This document shows, piece after piece, positions 45,459 to 53,755 of a stretch of 64,000 nt of DNA. Under the pieces are notes generated by a model. The model ran no database searches. It had not been told where the DNA came from and saw only the letters and a program-made list of their open reading frames with translations. Position numbers and translations under genes: made by a program. How positions within the stretch are numbered: position 1 is the first letter of the stretch; the number at the start of each line of letters is the position of its first letter. The DNA comes from Candidatus Peregrinibacteria bacterium CG10_big_fil_rev_8_21_14_0_10_49_16 (GTDB taxonomy: Bacteria; Patescibacteriota; Gracilibacteria; Peribacterales; Peribacteraceae), in the NCBI GenBank assembly GCA_002772605.1, contig PFDS01000040.1, positions 14,862 through 78,861 on the forward strand, written 5' to 3'.

Positions 45459-48176
45459 CTATGCTGCCCCCTTCCCTTTCTCCCTATCCTCCTTCGCCTG
45501 CAACATGGACTTACTGGGTGGTGGAACACCGCAGGTCTTTTTTAGTTTTTCCTCGAGATCTTTCATCTGTTGCCTTTCGTCATCCGTCAGTGCCTCACCT
45601 AAAAACTCCTTCTTACGCAGCGCATTGAATTCATTCTTCCACATCTCCTGGTCACGCCACTTGCGATAGTCCTCAAGGGACATCTTTTTCGCACGCGCCT
45701 TTTTCTTCTCCTCTTCTTCTTTCTCTGCCTGCTTAGCCTGGTACTTCGTATTCTTTGCAGCCACCACAGCACTCGATAACCACTGCGAAATTTTCTCCTC
45801 TACGATTTCACGTTTTTCGGAGTACCGCTCACGAGAAAGAAGACGAATCTTCTCTGTGCGATCTTCGCTCTTCTGAAAATTCGGCGGAGGCAGTGTGCTC
45901 ACGGAAAACGGCTTACTCGGAAAACCGTCAATCAGTAACCGCATGTAGACGTGATACTTCGGTAAGCTGAGAATATCCTTTGGTGTCACCATTTCTTCAA
46001 ACTGTAAACTCATCACTTCGGCATCATCCGACCCAACTTGAAAACTCAGCAGTGTTCCCACGTTCCCAAACACCGCATCACGCAGCGTGGTATTACGGTC
46101 TCCGAGAAGGAGTTGCGTCACGTATTGGTTCGCCATAGTGAGGCTCAAACGATATTTTCGTGCCTCACTGAGAATAGTGGCAAAGGACTCAGTGGCAAAG
46201 TTCTGAAACTCATCCACAAAGAGGAAGAAATCACGACGATCCTTTTCGGGAATATCCGCACGACTCATGGCGTCAATCTGGAATTTCGTCACGAGCATGG
46301 AACCGAGAAACGCTGCCGTGTCTTCTCCGATTTTTCCTTTACTCAAGTTCACCAACACAATCTTCCCCGTATCCATCGCATGACGCAGATCAAGCCGCGA
46401 ACGCACCTGCCCGATAATATTGCGCATGAGCGGACTGGAAAGGAGCTGACCAATCTTATTCTGAATCGCAGCCGTTGCTTCCACCTGGTACTTCTCCGTC
46501 CAGCTGGCAAACTCCGCCTCCCAGAAACTCTTCACGGTGGGATCCGTCACTTTCGCAACAATTTTCGCACGGTACGCCGCATCACTGAACATGCGAGGAA
46601 TGCCCAACATGGACGCATCGCCTGCTTCAACAAGCGCAAGCAGCGTATTGCGCAAAATGTGCTCCATGCGTCCGCTCCACACATCAGGCCAAATCTTGGT
46701 AAATACACTCATGAGCCCAGACACAATCAATGATCGCTGTTCCGGAATATGACACTCCAATACATTGAACGACAACGGAAAATTTCGATCGGATGGATCG
46801 AAGAGAATCACATCATTCATCCGCCGTTTTGGTATAAGTTGCAAAATGGAATCAATGAGATCTCCATGAGGATCAATCACACCCACTCCTCTTCCTGCAA
46901 AGATATCACTGAAAATCATGTTCTCCAAAAACACCGATTTACCCATACCTGTTTTACCGATCATATACACATGACGCCGTCTATCTTCCCTTTGAATGCC
47001 AAAACGAATGCGTTTACCTCGGTAGACCGCCTCACCAAGTGTTGTAAGTTCCGTGTCGTTCTGTTTTGTAATGAGCGGAAGGTTGATAGGAGGTTCCAAC
47101 TTCTTGCTGGAAACACGATCGAAGTTCGGCGTCTGCACGAGTGCTGTCGGTATGTGCCAAATCGTTGCCACCTCCTCAGAGGAAAGCACATACGAACTCT
47201 TCATCGAAGAGGGTAACTGCGGCAGTACACGAGAACGCAAGAGAATAAATCCATTGCAATGAGGCAGTGTAAACTGCTGAAAACTGCTCGCAATTTCCTG
47301 CACCTTCACTTCAGCATCGACACAATGCTGCTTCGGAGTAATAACATTAATATGCACACTCGACCGAAAGAGAAGACGATTCACCTTATCGACAGCCGCA
47401 GTAGTGCTATCTTCACGATCATGGCCGCGAGTGTTAATTTGTGATGTCAGCTCAATGCCTTCTTCGGAAAAAACCGGCTCTCCTTCCTGTGGAGGAGTGG
47501 CAATCTGTGAAATGGGCGCAAGCCATACGCGAAAACCTCCAAAGAACATATGAAACGGAAGATAGAGAAGCCACGTGAATCCTCGCGAGAGAGAGGCCCG
47601 CGTGAGAAGTTTTGCATACCTGTTGGAGTACTTGGAAAGACCTTTACTCAAGAACGGAATGAGTTTTAGTGCTCGGCGACGGTACGACCCGCTCACAGGA
47701 CGAAGCAGGACCTGCACGTGTCCACGCATACCCTCTTGAGGGTACTGCACAAGCGCAGACGTAATCCCGGCAATCGTGTCGACGTTTTGACGACTCGAGA
47801 CATCAGCGAATTGGCTGTAGCGTTTAATAGGGAACACTTCCGGTGCCGCAAGGCACAAATCAGCAGACACAACTTTCTCTCCTTCAGACACGGCAAACGT
47901 CTCCAGAGGGACTTCTTCAATTTCCGCATCAGGATACTGTCCGTAGAACTGGCTTTGGAGAAGTGCAGCCGTCCTCCTGCTGACACGTGCATACAACCCC
48001 ACCTTCCCATGAGCAAAGCCAATTTCAAGTGATACGTCAGAATCCGCGCCACGCAGTGCATGAATCGCAGACAGAACAGATTCCATCATAAGGGGTCCAC
48101 GCGCAGTCGTACTCTCTTCCGGATCAGGCATCGGAGGACGAATAAGGAGCAGTACTGTTTCAGTAGACGGTTTCAT
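45459..48176 (-). CDS. type IV secretion coupling-protein-like (TraD/VirD4-type) P-loop ATPase with a large N-terminal domain
   Basis: Walker A IGKTGMGKS; Walker B-like FLFVDEFQNF. About 380 aa of unrecognised N-terminal region and a K/E-rich tail. The ATG at 48176 forms an ATGA overlap with the hrcA stop. Confidence 0.7.
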   Translation of the reverse strand: MKPSTETVLLLIRPPMPDPEESTTARGPLMMESVLSAIHALRGADSDVSLEIGFAHGKVGLYARVSRRTAALLQSQFYGQYPDAEIEEVPLETFAVSEGEKVVSADLCLAAPEVFPIKRYSQFADVSSRQNVDTIAGITSALVQYPQEGMRGHVQVLLRPVSGSYRRRALKLIPFLSKGLSKYSNRYAKLLTRASLSRGFTWLLYLPFHMFFGGFRVWLAPISQIATPPQEGEPVFSEEGIELTSQINTRGHDREDSTTAAVDKVNRLLFRSSVHINVITPKQHCVDAEVKVQEIASSFQQFTLPHCNGFILLRSRVLPQLPSSMKSSYVLSSEEVATIWHIPTALVQTPNFDRVSSKKLEPPINLPLITKQNDTELTTLGEAVYRGKRIRFGIQREDRRRHVYMIGKTGMGKSVFLENMIFSDIFAGRGVGVIDPHGDLIDSILQLIPKRRMNDVILFDPSDRNFPLSFNVLECHIPEQRSLIVSGLMSVFTKIWPDVWSGRMEHILRNTLLALVEAGDASMLGIPRMFSDAAYRAKIVAKVTDPTVKSFWEAEFASWTEKYQVEATAAIQNKIGQLLSSPLMRNIIGQVRSRLDLRHAMDTGKIVLVNLSKGKIGEDTAAFLGSMLVTKFQIDAMSRADIPEKDRRDFFLFVDEFQNFATESFATILSEARKYRLSLTMANQYVTQLLLGDRNTTLRDAVFGNVGTLLSFQVGSDDAEVMSLQFEEMVTPKDILSLPKYHVYMRLLIDGFPSKPFSVSTLPPPNFQKSEDRTEKIRLLSRERYSEKREIVEEKISQWLSSAVVAAKNTKYQAKQAEKEEEEKKKARAKKMSLEDYRKWRDQEMWKNEFNALRKKEFLGEALTDDERQQMKDLEEKLKKTCGVPPPSKSMLQAKEDREKGKGAA

Positions 48177-48883
48177 GCAGAACACAGTAGATCAGATACG
48201 CACTCCAAAGCCACGGTGTTATATGCATAATCCATACGCATGGGACCAACAATACCTAAAGCCCCACGGTGACCACGCATACTGTACTGCGTCACAATTA
48301 TGCTACAACTCTGCATTTGCGGTAACAGGTGCTCTTCTCCAATGTAGTATCGTACCTGTCTATCAACATTCACGGTCTGCAGTAAGTCAACGAGCCTGCC
48401 CTCCAATACTTCCACAACACCCGACGCAAGTGATTGGTCCGCAAGAAACTCCGGTAACCGCAAAGTATTGGCAAGACCCAGGTAGTGTACATGATGCTTA
48501 TGCGGAACCGTGGCAAATGCGATATTGGGAATCATATTGGAGAGAAGGGCCACCGCCTCGTAGACACGTTCCTGATCTTTACGTTGAAAGTATTGCTCTC
48601 GCAGAACATCGAAACGCTTGCGCACAATGCGTTCCTGTTGAGACGGTTCCATGAACTCCTTCACATATGCCCGATACCCTTTCGCTGTCGGAACACGTCC
48701 TGCGGAAATATGCGGCTGCATCAAAAATCCCTCATCTTCCAAATGGGCCATCTCATGACGAATGGTTGCCGGCGACACAATAAATGCCCCGCTCTCCAAA
48801 AGGCTTTTCGAACCTACAGGCAGTGCTGTGTGAATAAACTGGTCAATAATGGCAATGAGAAGCTTGCTTTGCCGTACATTCAT
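48173..48883 (-). CDS. hrcA: heat-inducible transcription repressor HrcA (short form)
   Basis: MNVRQSKLLIAIIDQFIHTALPVGSKSL (wHTH) and C-terminal LGIVGPMRMDY. At 236 aa it is shorter than typical HrcA. Confidence 0.8.
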   Translation of the reverse strand: MNVRQSKLLIAIIDQFIHTALPVGSKSLLESGAFIVSPATIRHEMAHLEDEGFLMQPHISAGRVPTAKGYRAYVKEFMEPSQQERIVRKRFDVLREQYFQRKDQERVYEAVALLSNMIPNIAFATVPHKHHVHYLGLANTLRLPEFLADQSLASGVVEVLEGRLVDLLQTVNVDRQVRYYIGEEHLLPQMQSCSIIVTQYSMRGHRGALGIVGPMRMDYAYNTVALECVSDLLCSA

Positions 48884-48893
48884 ATAGAGTAGT

Positions 48894-48920
48894 ATAGCAC
48901 TCAAATAGTGCGAGTGCTAG
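48894..48920 (-). promoter_or_regulatory. CIRCE-type inverted repeat upstream of hrcA
   Basis: ATAGCACTC-N9-GAGTGCTAG, 11 nt upstream of the hrcA ATG. On the minus strand, TATACT overlaps one arm. Confidence 0.7.
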
Positions 48921-48930
48921 CTCCATTCCC

Positions 48931-49143
48931 CTACGTTCCCTTCTTTTCAGCTCTCTTACGAAAGCGCTCAATACGACCACCCTTCCGCTCCTGCTGCTGC
49001 TTCCCTGTGTAGACGGGATGGCAACTGGAACAGGTTTCTACAGTCTGCTCTTTTACCGTACTGGGAATCGCCATAGTGGCTCCACATGTCGTACACGTGG
49101 TTTTCGCATCTTTGTGCATTGTGGGGTGGCAATCAGCCTTCAT
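48931..49143 (-). CDS. rpmE: 50S ribosomal protein L31
   Basis: MKADCHP...CTTCG...CSSCHPVYTGKQ. Confidence 0.9.
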   Translation of the reverse strand: MKADCHPTMHKDAKTTCTTCGATMAIPSTVKEQTVETCSSCHPVYTGKQQQERKGGRIERFRKRAEKKGT

Positions 49144-49181
49144 AGGAATGAAGTATAGAACATAAACACCAGAAAAATCAA

Positions 49182-51815
49182 TTACTTCTTGGCTGCCGTA
49201 CTGCGTTTTTTGGGCTGTTTGGCTTCTTGTTTGAGTTCTTCAACTTCTTCCGCACGCTGCTCCTTCGCCGCCTCTTCCACCGCCTTCTCCGCCTCAGGAT
49301 CGGCAAGCACAACACTCATACTGGCCACTTTATCCTTTGCTTTCAACCGCATGACAATGACGCCCTGCGTTGCACGACCGCGCGATGGAATGTCTGCAAG
49401 ATCCATGCGAATCGCCTGTCCATTCTTGCTCAAGCAGAGCAAGTCTCCTTTTGAATCATCCAGAAGCACACACCCTCCGACAATTTTGCCTGTCTTCACA
49501 GTGAGTTGCGCAGCTTTGACACCAGTGCCTCCGCGCCCCTGCAGACGGTACTGGCCAACGGGCGTCATCTTGCCAAGGCCGTTCTCCATCACCACAAGCA
49601 CCCGATGCGTTCCCAATCCCTTGCTAATTGCGCCCGCTTCCACCACATAATCCGAACCCGCTAACTTAATGCCGCGCACGCCCGCCGCAGCACGCCCCAT
49701 GGCACGCACATCGTCTTCTTCAAAACGAATGGCCTTGCCTTCGTGCGTGACCAGAAGGATTTCGTCTTTTCCCGTAGTCGTAACCACCCAACGGAGTTCA
49801 TCGCCTTCGGGAAGCTTCTGCGCAATAAGTCCGCTGCGGCGAATATTCTCGAACTCCGTACTATCCGTACGCTTCACCAGACCCTTCCGGGTGACAAGGC
49901 ACAGATACTTCGCACCGACAAAATCCGTACGGAGAATGGCCGAGACACGCTCCTCGGGTTTGAGCTGTAAGAGATTCACAATCGCCTGTCCACGCGCCGT
50001 GCGTCCTGCTTGAGGAAGTTCGTACACCGGAAAGCGGAAGACACGACCGGTATTGGTAAAGAAGAGCAGCTCATCATGATTCATAACATGCAGCAACGAG
50101 AGCACTTCATCATCTTCGCGAATTTCCATACCTTTTACTCCTTTTCCACCACGGTGTTGCGCACGGAACTGCATGGGACTCAAACGCTTCACATATCCAC
50201 TGCGCGTAAGTGTCACGATCATCGGTGCATTGGGAATGGTGTCCTTCGCACTAAACTCCCCGGCGGCAGCCGGAACAACTGTTGTGAGCCGTGCATCTCC
50301 GTAGGTTTCGCGGAGAACACCGAGCTCGTCGGTAAATACTTTGTCGATCTTCTTTGGATCCTTCAAAATCACTTCGCACTCCGCAATGAATTTGAGCTTT
50401 TCCTTGAGTTCGTCTTCCACTTTCTTTCGTTCCAATCCAGCAAGGGTTTGTAAGCGCATTTCGAGAATGGCCTTCGCCTGAATTTCTGTCAGTTTGAATT
50501 TCTTCATGAGTTGCTCACCGGCCACCTCTTTCGTTGCACTCTTCTTGATTGTCTCCACAACTGCATCAATGTTATCGAGTGCTTTTTTGAGACCCTCCAG
50601 AATATGCGCACGTTCTTTCGCACGATCACGGTCAAACGTAATGCGACGAACAATGACCGTGCGTCGATGGTTGATGAAAATTTGGAGAAGTTCCTGCACA
50701 TTCATGAGCTGCGGCTGCAATCCGTCACGCAGTGCAATCATGTTGTACCCAAAACTCGTTTGCAGATCGGTGTGACGGAACAGGAGATTGAGCACCTTCT
50801 GGGGGTAGGCATCTTTCTTCAGTTCGATAATCACACGAATGCCATCACGATCAGACTCATCACGAATATCCGAAATTCCCTGGATGACTTTGTCCTGCAC
50901 CAGCCGCGCCATCTTCTCCACCATTGTGGCCTTATTGACCTGATAGGGAATTTCAGAAATACGAATGTGAAAACGGTTCCCACTCGTCTCTTCGATTTCC
51001 GCCTTCCCCCGCATCACCACCGAGCCGCGCCCGGTGAGGTACGCCTGCTTCAGCGCCTTCTTATCATACACGAAACCTCCTGTTGGAAAGTCAGGACCTT
51101 TAATAAACTTCAGCAAATCTTCCACGGACGCCTCGGGATTCTCAACAAGGTGTAAGACAGCATCGATGAGTTCGTTGAGGTTGTGCGGCGGAATGTTCGT
51201 CGCCATTCCTACGGCGATACCCACGGTTCCGTTTAAGAGCAGGCCCGGCACTTTTGCAGGAAGGACCGTCGGCTCCTTGCGCATTTCATCGTAGTTGGGG
51301 CGGAAATCCACTGTATCCTTCTCAATATCCTGCAGAAGTTCTTCCGTGATCTTCTTCATGCGCGCTTCGGTGTATCGCATCGCTGCAGGACTGTCGCCAT
51401 CTATGGACCCGAAGTTCCCCTGCCCCTCCACAAAAGCGTAACGCATCGAGAACTGCTGTGCCATGCGCACAAGAGCCTCATAAACCGGAACGTCGCCATG
51501 CGGGTGGTAATTACCAATCACGTCTCCGACGATCTTCGCGCACTTACGATACTTCGCCGTATGACGCAGGCCCAGTTCGTGCATGCCGTAGAGAATGCGG
51601 CGATGCACGGGTTTCAAGCCATCGCGCGCATCCGGAAGCGCACGCGACACGATCACACTCATCGCATAGGCCAGGTAACTCTCTTCCATCTCTGCCACAA
51701 TCGGCCGCGGCTGAATGCGGCCAATACTGCTCAATGTCTCTCCTCCTTCTCCGCCTTTCGGCGCAGCAGAAGACTCCTCCCTGCCTGCATCTGAATCGTT
51801 TTTTTTCTTTGGCAT
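49182..51815 (-). CDS. gyrA: DNA gyrase subunit A
   Basis: [28 protein letters not shown], with the active-site tyrosine in [11 protein letters not shown]-terminal beta-pinwheel repeats and a K/E tail. Confidence 0.93.
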   Translation of the reverse strand: MPKKKNDSDAGREESSAAPKGGEGGETLSSIGRIQPRPIVAEMEESYLAYAMSVIVSRALPDARDGLKPVHRRILYGMHELGLRHTAKYRKCAKIVGDVIGNYHPHGDVPVYEALVRMAQQFSMRYAFVEGQGNFGSIDGDSPAAMRYTEARMKKITEELLQDIEKDTVDFRPNYDEMRKEPTVLPAKVPGLLLNGTVGIAVGMATNIPPHNLNELIDAVLHLVENPEASVEDLLKFIKGPDFPTGGFVYDKKALKQAYLTGRGSVVMRGKAEIEETSGNRFHIRISEIPYQVNKATMVEKMARLVQDKVIQGISDIRDESDRDGIRVIIELKKDAYPQKVLNLLFRHTDLQTSFGYNMIALRDGLQPQLMNVQELLQIFINHRRTVIVRRITFDRDRAKERAHILEGLKKALDNIDAVVETIKKSATKEVAGEQLMKKFKLTEIQAKAILEMRLQTLAGLERKKVEDELKEKLKFIAECEVILKDPKKIDKVFTDELGVLRETYGDARLTTVVPAAAGEFSAKDTIPNAPMIVTLTRSGYVKRLSPMQFRAQHRGGKGVKGMEIREDDEVLSLLHVMNHDELLFFTNTGRVFRFPVYELPQAGRTARGQAIVNLLQLKPEERVSAILRTDFVGAKYLCLVTRKGLVKRTDSTEFENIRRSGLIAQKLPEGDELRWVVTTTGKDEILLVTHEGKAIRFEEDDVRAMGRAAAGVRGIKLAGSDYVVEAGAISKGLGTHRVLVVMENGLGKMTPVGQYRLQGRGGTGVKAAQLTVKTGKIVGGCVLLDDSKGDLLCLSKNGQAIRMDLADIPSRGRATQGVIVMRLKAKDKVASMSVVLADPEAEKAVEEAAKEQRAEEVEELKQEAKQPKKRSTAAKK

Positions 51816-51867
51816 AGTGTAGTAGCAAGAGTGTAGCGGAAGGGAGGAAGAGAGAAAAGAGAGAAAA

Positions 51868-51902
51868 GTGTGTCACACTGAGCCTGTCGAAGTGCGACAC
51901 AC
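51868..51902. repeat. REP-like hairpin element (GTCAYMCTGAGCC family)
   Basis: GTGTGTCACAC-TGAGCCTGTCGAA-GTGCGACACAC (11 bp stem with one mismatch). It shares a 16-mer with 40795-40810. Confidence 0.75.
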
Positions 51903-51909
51903 TACAAAA

Positions 51910-51933
51910 GGGACTGTCTGGACAGACAGTCCC
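51910..51933 (-). terminator. rho-independent terminator after GC-island gene A
   Basis: GGGACTGTCTG-NN-CAGACAGTCCC is a perfect 11 bp stem, followed on the minus strand by TTTTG. A second hairpin, CGCAACC-TTCG-GGTTGCG, lies at 51939-51956. Confidence 0.65.
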
Positions 51934-51984
51934 CTTGTCGCAACCCGAAGGTTGCGAAATTGTTGCAATGGACCGATACGGTGG

Positions 51985-52773
51985 TTAACCGACATAGTCC
52001 TCGCTGCGAGCCGGCGTTTCGTCGGCGGCCTCGTCGGCTTCGACACTGTCGAAGTCGGGGTCGGCCTGGGCATCCCGATGGGCACGAATCTCCGCAGCCT
52101 CTTCTTCCGTGACGCCCGTCTGGTACGGTTGCAGCTCATGGTAATTGCCGCAAACCGGGCACCAGCCCATCTTGGGTTCGGCGTCGTCGTCGTCATCATC
52201 GGAAATGCCCGCCTGTGCGCGATGCCACTCCGCCTGCCGTTGCCGCTCCGCATCCTCGGCCGGCGACCGGCCGATCGGATAGAGGGAAGCACCGACCAGT
52301 GGCTCGACATCGTCGTCAGCGAGTTCGGTGATCTCCTCTCGTCCGTCCCCATCGGGGTTGCGAACGACCACGACTTTTACCATTCGCGGCTGCTCGTCAC
52401 CGCCACCGAAGAGGTCGGAGAGGCTGAGAATCTGCAGACCCCCGCCACCGGACTGGGCCTTGCGCATCAGCGTGGCCATGGGATCCTCCGGCCGCTCCTC
52501 GACGGTTCCGACCAGGAACTCCCGAGGCCCCCGGTAGATCGCCACGGCACCGTTGTCGGGAAGCGGATTGCCGTCGATGATGCCCTCCGTGAGGAAGTGA
52601 TATTCCTGCCGGAAGATGGCGCCGACCGGCGGTTCCAGATCACCCGGACGCACGTTGGCCTCCGGCAACTCCACCGTACTGATGGAGCCCTGGAACCCGA
52701 AGTACGCCATGAGAACCTTTCGCTGACCGTTGATCGTGACAGCATCACCCGTGCGAACGTTTTGCGTCGCCAT
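51985..52773 (-). CDS. GC-island protein A, acidic, unknown function (262 aa)
   Basis: AGGAG lies 9 nt before the ATG at 52773. Third codon positions are G/C-rich. The product contains GWCPVCGNYHE, DDDDDD and an acidic tail. No family recognised. Confidence 0.65.
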   Translation of the reverse strand: MATQNVRTGDAVTINGQRKVLMAYFGFQGSISTVELPEANVRPGDLEPPVGAIFRQEYHFLTEGIIDGNPLPDNGAVAIYRGPREFLVGTVEERPEDPMATLMRKAQSGGGGLQILSLSDLFGGGDEQPRMVKVVVVRNPDGDGREEITELADDDVEPLVGASLYPIGRSPAEDAERQRQAEWHRAQAGISDDDDDDAEPKMGWCPVCGNYHELQPYQTGVTEEEAAEIRAHRDAQADPDFDSVEADEAADETPARSEDYVG

Positions 52774-52892
52774 GAGAAATTTCTCCTGTTGAAAATGTCC
52801 ATTGCAAAAGATCAAGCCCGGCAAACGCTGCCGGGCCCGTTCCTCCGCGATTCGCGAATGTGTGGACCCTGGCACGCGCCAGGACTTGGGAG

Positions 52893-52921
52893 AGGATAAG
52901 GATAGCATTGACAAAAGTCAA
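52893..52921 (-). promoter_or_regulatory. sigma70-like promoter for gene A, overlapped by a palindrome
   Basis: Minus strand: TTGACT-N17-TATCCT in an AT-rich patch. The palindrome TTGACAAAAGTCAA (52908-52921) covers the -35 box. Confidence 0.45.
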
Positions 52922-53009
52922 ATGTATTTTATGTAAATATTTTTAAACATATGGAAAGGACCACTCCTTGTGAGAGTGGCCCTTCGTTGTTTCGCGCGGT
53001 GAATCTCGA

Positions 53010-53216
53010 TCAGTTGTGGTACGTGCCGCAATTGGGGCAGAGCGGCAGCCCCTCCTCATTGTACGGGGGCAGGTCCACCGTCACGTCACTGTCGGCCAGC
53101 AACTCCGGCGGAACCGGGATGTCGGTCTGGACCAGACGGACCAGAACGACGCCCGGCGCGACCTCGTCGAGCTTGAGGGAAGTGATACGGAGGACGGGGG
53201 TGGCGTTGTTCGCCAT
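53010..53216 (-). CDS. GC-island protein B, unknown function (68 aa)
   Basis: AAGGAG lies 8 nt before the ATG at 53216. The product ends in LCPNCGTYHN. No family recognised. Confidence 0.6.
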   Translation of the reverse strand: MANNATPVLRITSLKLDEVAPGVVLVRLVQTDIPVPPELLADSDVTVDLPPYNEEGLPLCPNCGTYHN

Positions 53217-53322
53217 GTTCGAAACTCCTTCAGTTGAGATTCGTGCGAAAGAACTTTTCCCAGCGTACATAGCCGGGAGCTCCCTCGCACTGTGCGAGAC
53301 AGTCCCAGAAACTGGGATGGAA

Positions 53323-53351
53323 ATAATACTTAATTTTTAACCTACTGTCAA
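53323..53351 (-). promoter_or_regulatory. near-consensus sigma70 promoter for gene B
   Basis: Minus strand: TTGACA (53346-53351), 17 nt spacer, TATTAT (53323-53328). Confidence 0.6.
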
Positions 53352-53410
53352 GCAGGCCAACGCGGTGTACGCATTGGCCTGTTTTTGCATGGTTTTTGCC
53401 CCTTTTGCAT

Positions 53411-53614
53411 TTAGCGGGTGTAGGCCTCATGGATGACGTCATCCACCTCGCGTAGCGGTGGCGATTCCAGCCACAGCGGCTGCTCGGTCACCACAATGCG
53501 CAAGATGAGGACAAAGGACAGTTCCAGACCGTCCTCCCCTCCCTTCCGCTCCGCTTTTCGCGGATCGCCTTTCATGGATGACGCCAAAAGGCCACTCAGA
53601 AGTCGCATCTGCAT
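53411..53614 (-). CDS. GC-island protein C, unknown function (67 aa)
   Basis: AAGGAGA lies 9 nt before the ATG at 53614. Only the 3-prime part of track ORF 53411..54034 is kept, because the rest is antisense to rsmI. Confidence 0.45.
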   Translation of the reverse strand: MQMRLLSGLLASSMKGDPRKAERKGGEDGLELSFVLILRIVVTEQPLWLESPPLREVDDVIHEAYTR

Positions 53615-53755
53615 ACTCTTCAGTCTCCTTGAGAACCATGCGAAAGAACGTGGCTTAGACACCTCGTCAAACCACCCTCTTCCGTCTAAACCGCCACTCA
53701 GTGTGTGAAGAGTTCGCTGCAAGTCAAGGGTCAAAAGGAGTATTCTTCTAAATAC

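Noticed and set aside
46038-46733. Long antisense ORFs inside large genes: 46038..46733 in the ATPase gene, 832..1524 in clpC, and 50511..51155 and 51458..51817 in gyrA.
   Set aside because: They lie fully inside strongly supported genes on the other strand. They have skewed, low-complexity composition and no start context.
51868-52899. 343 aa plus-strand ORF (MCHTEPVEV...) covering the GC island.
   Set aside because: Its product is Arg/Gly/Pro-rich, the typical composition of an antisense frame in high-GC DNA. It starts inside a REP-like element and has no SD. The minus-strand frame has SD-ATG starts and G/C-biased third positions.
52774-53410. Structured spacers between the GC-island ORFs as integron attC sites (a cassette array).
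   Set aside because: No RYYYAAC / GTTRRRY core sites could be found and no integrase is nearby. The spacers contain promoter-like boxes, unlike promoterless cassettes.
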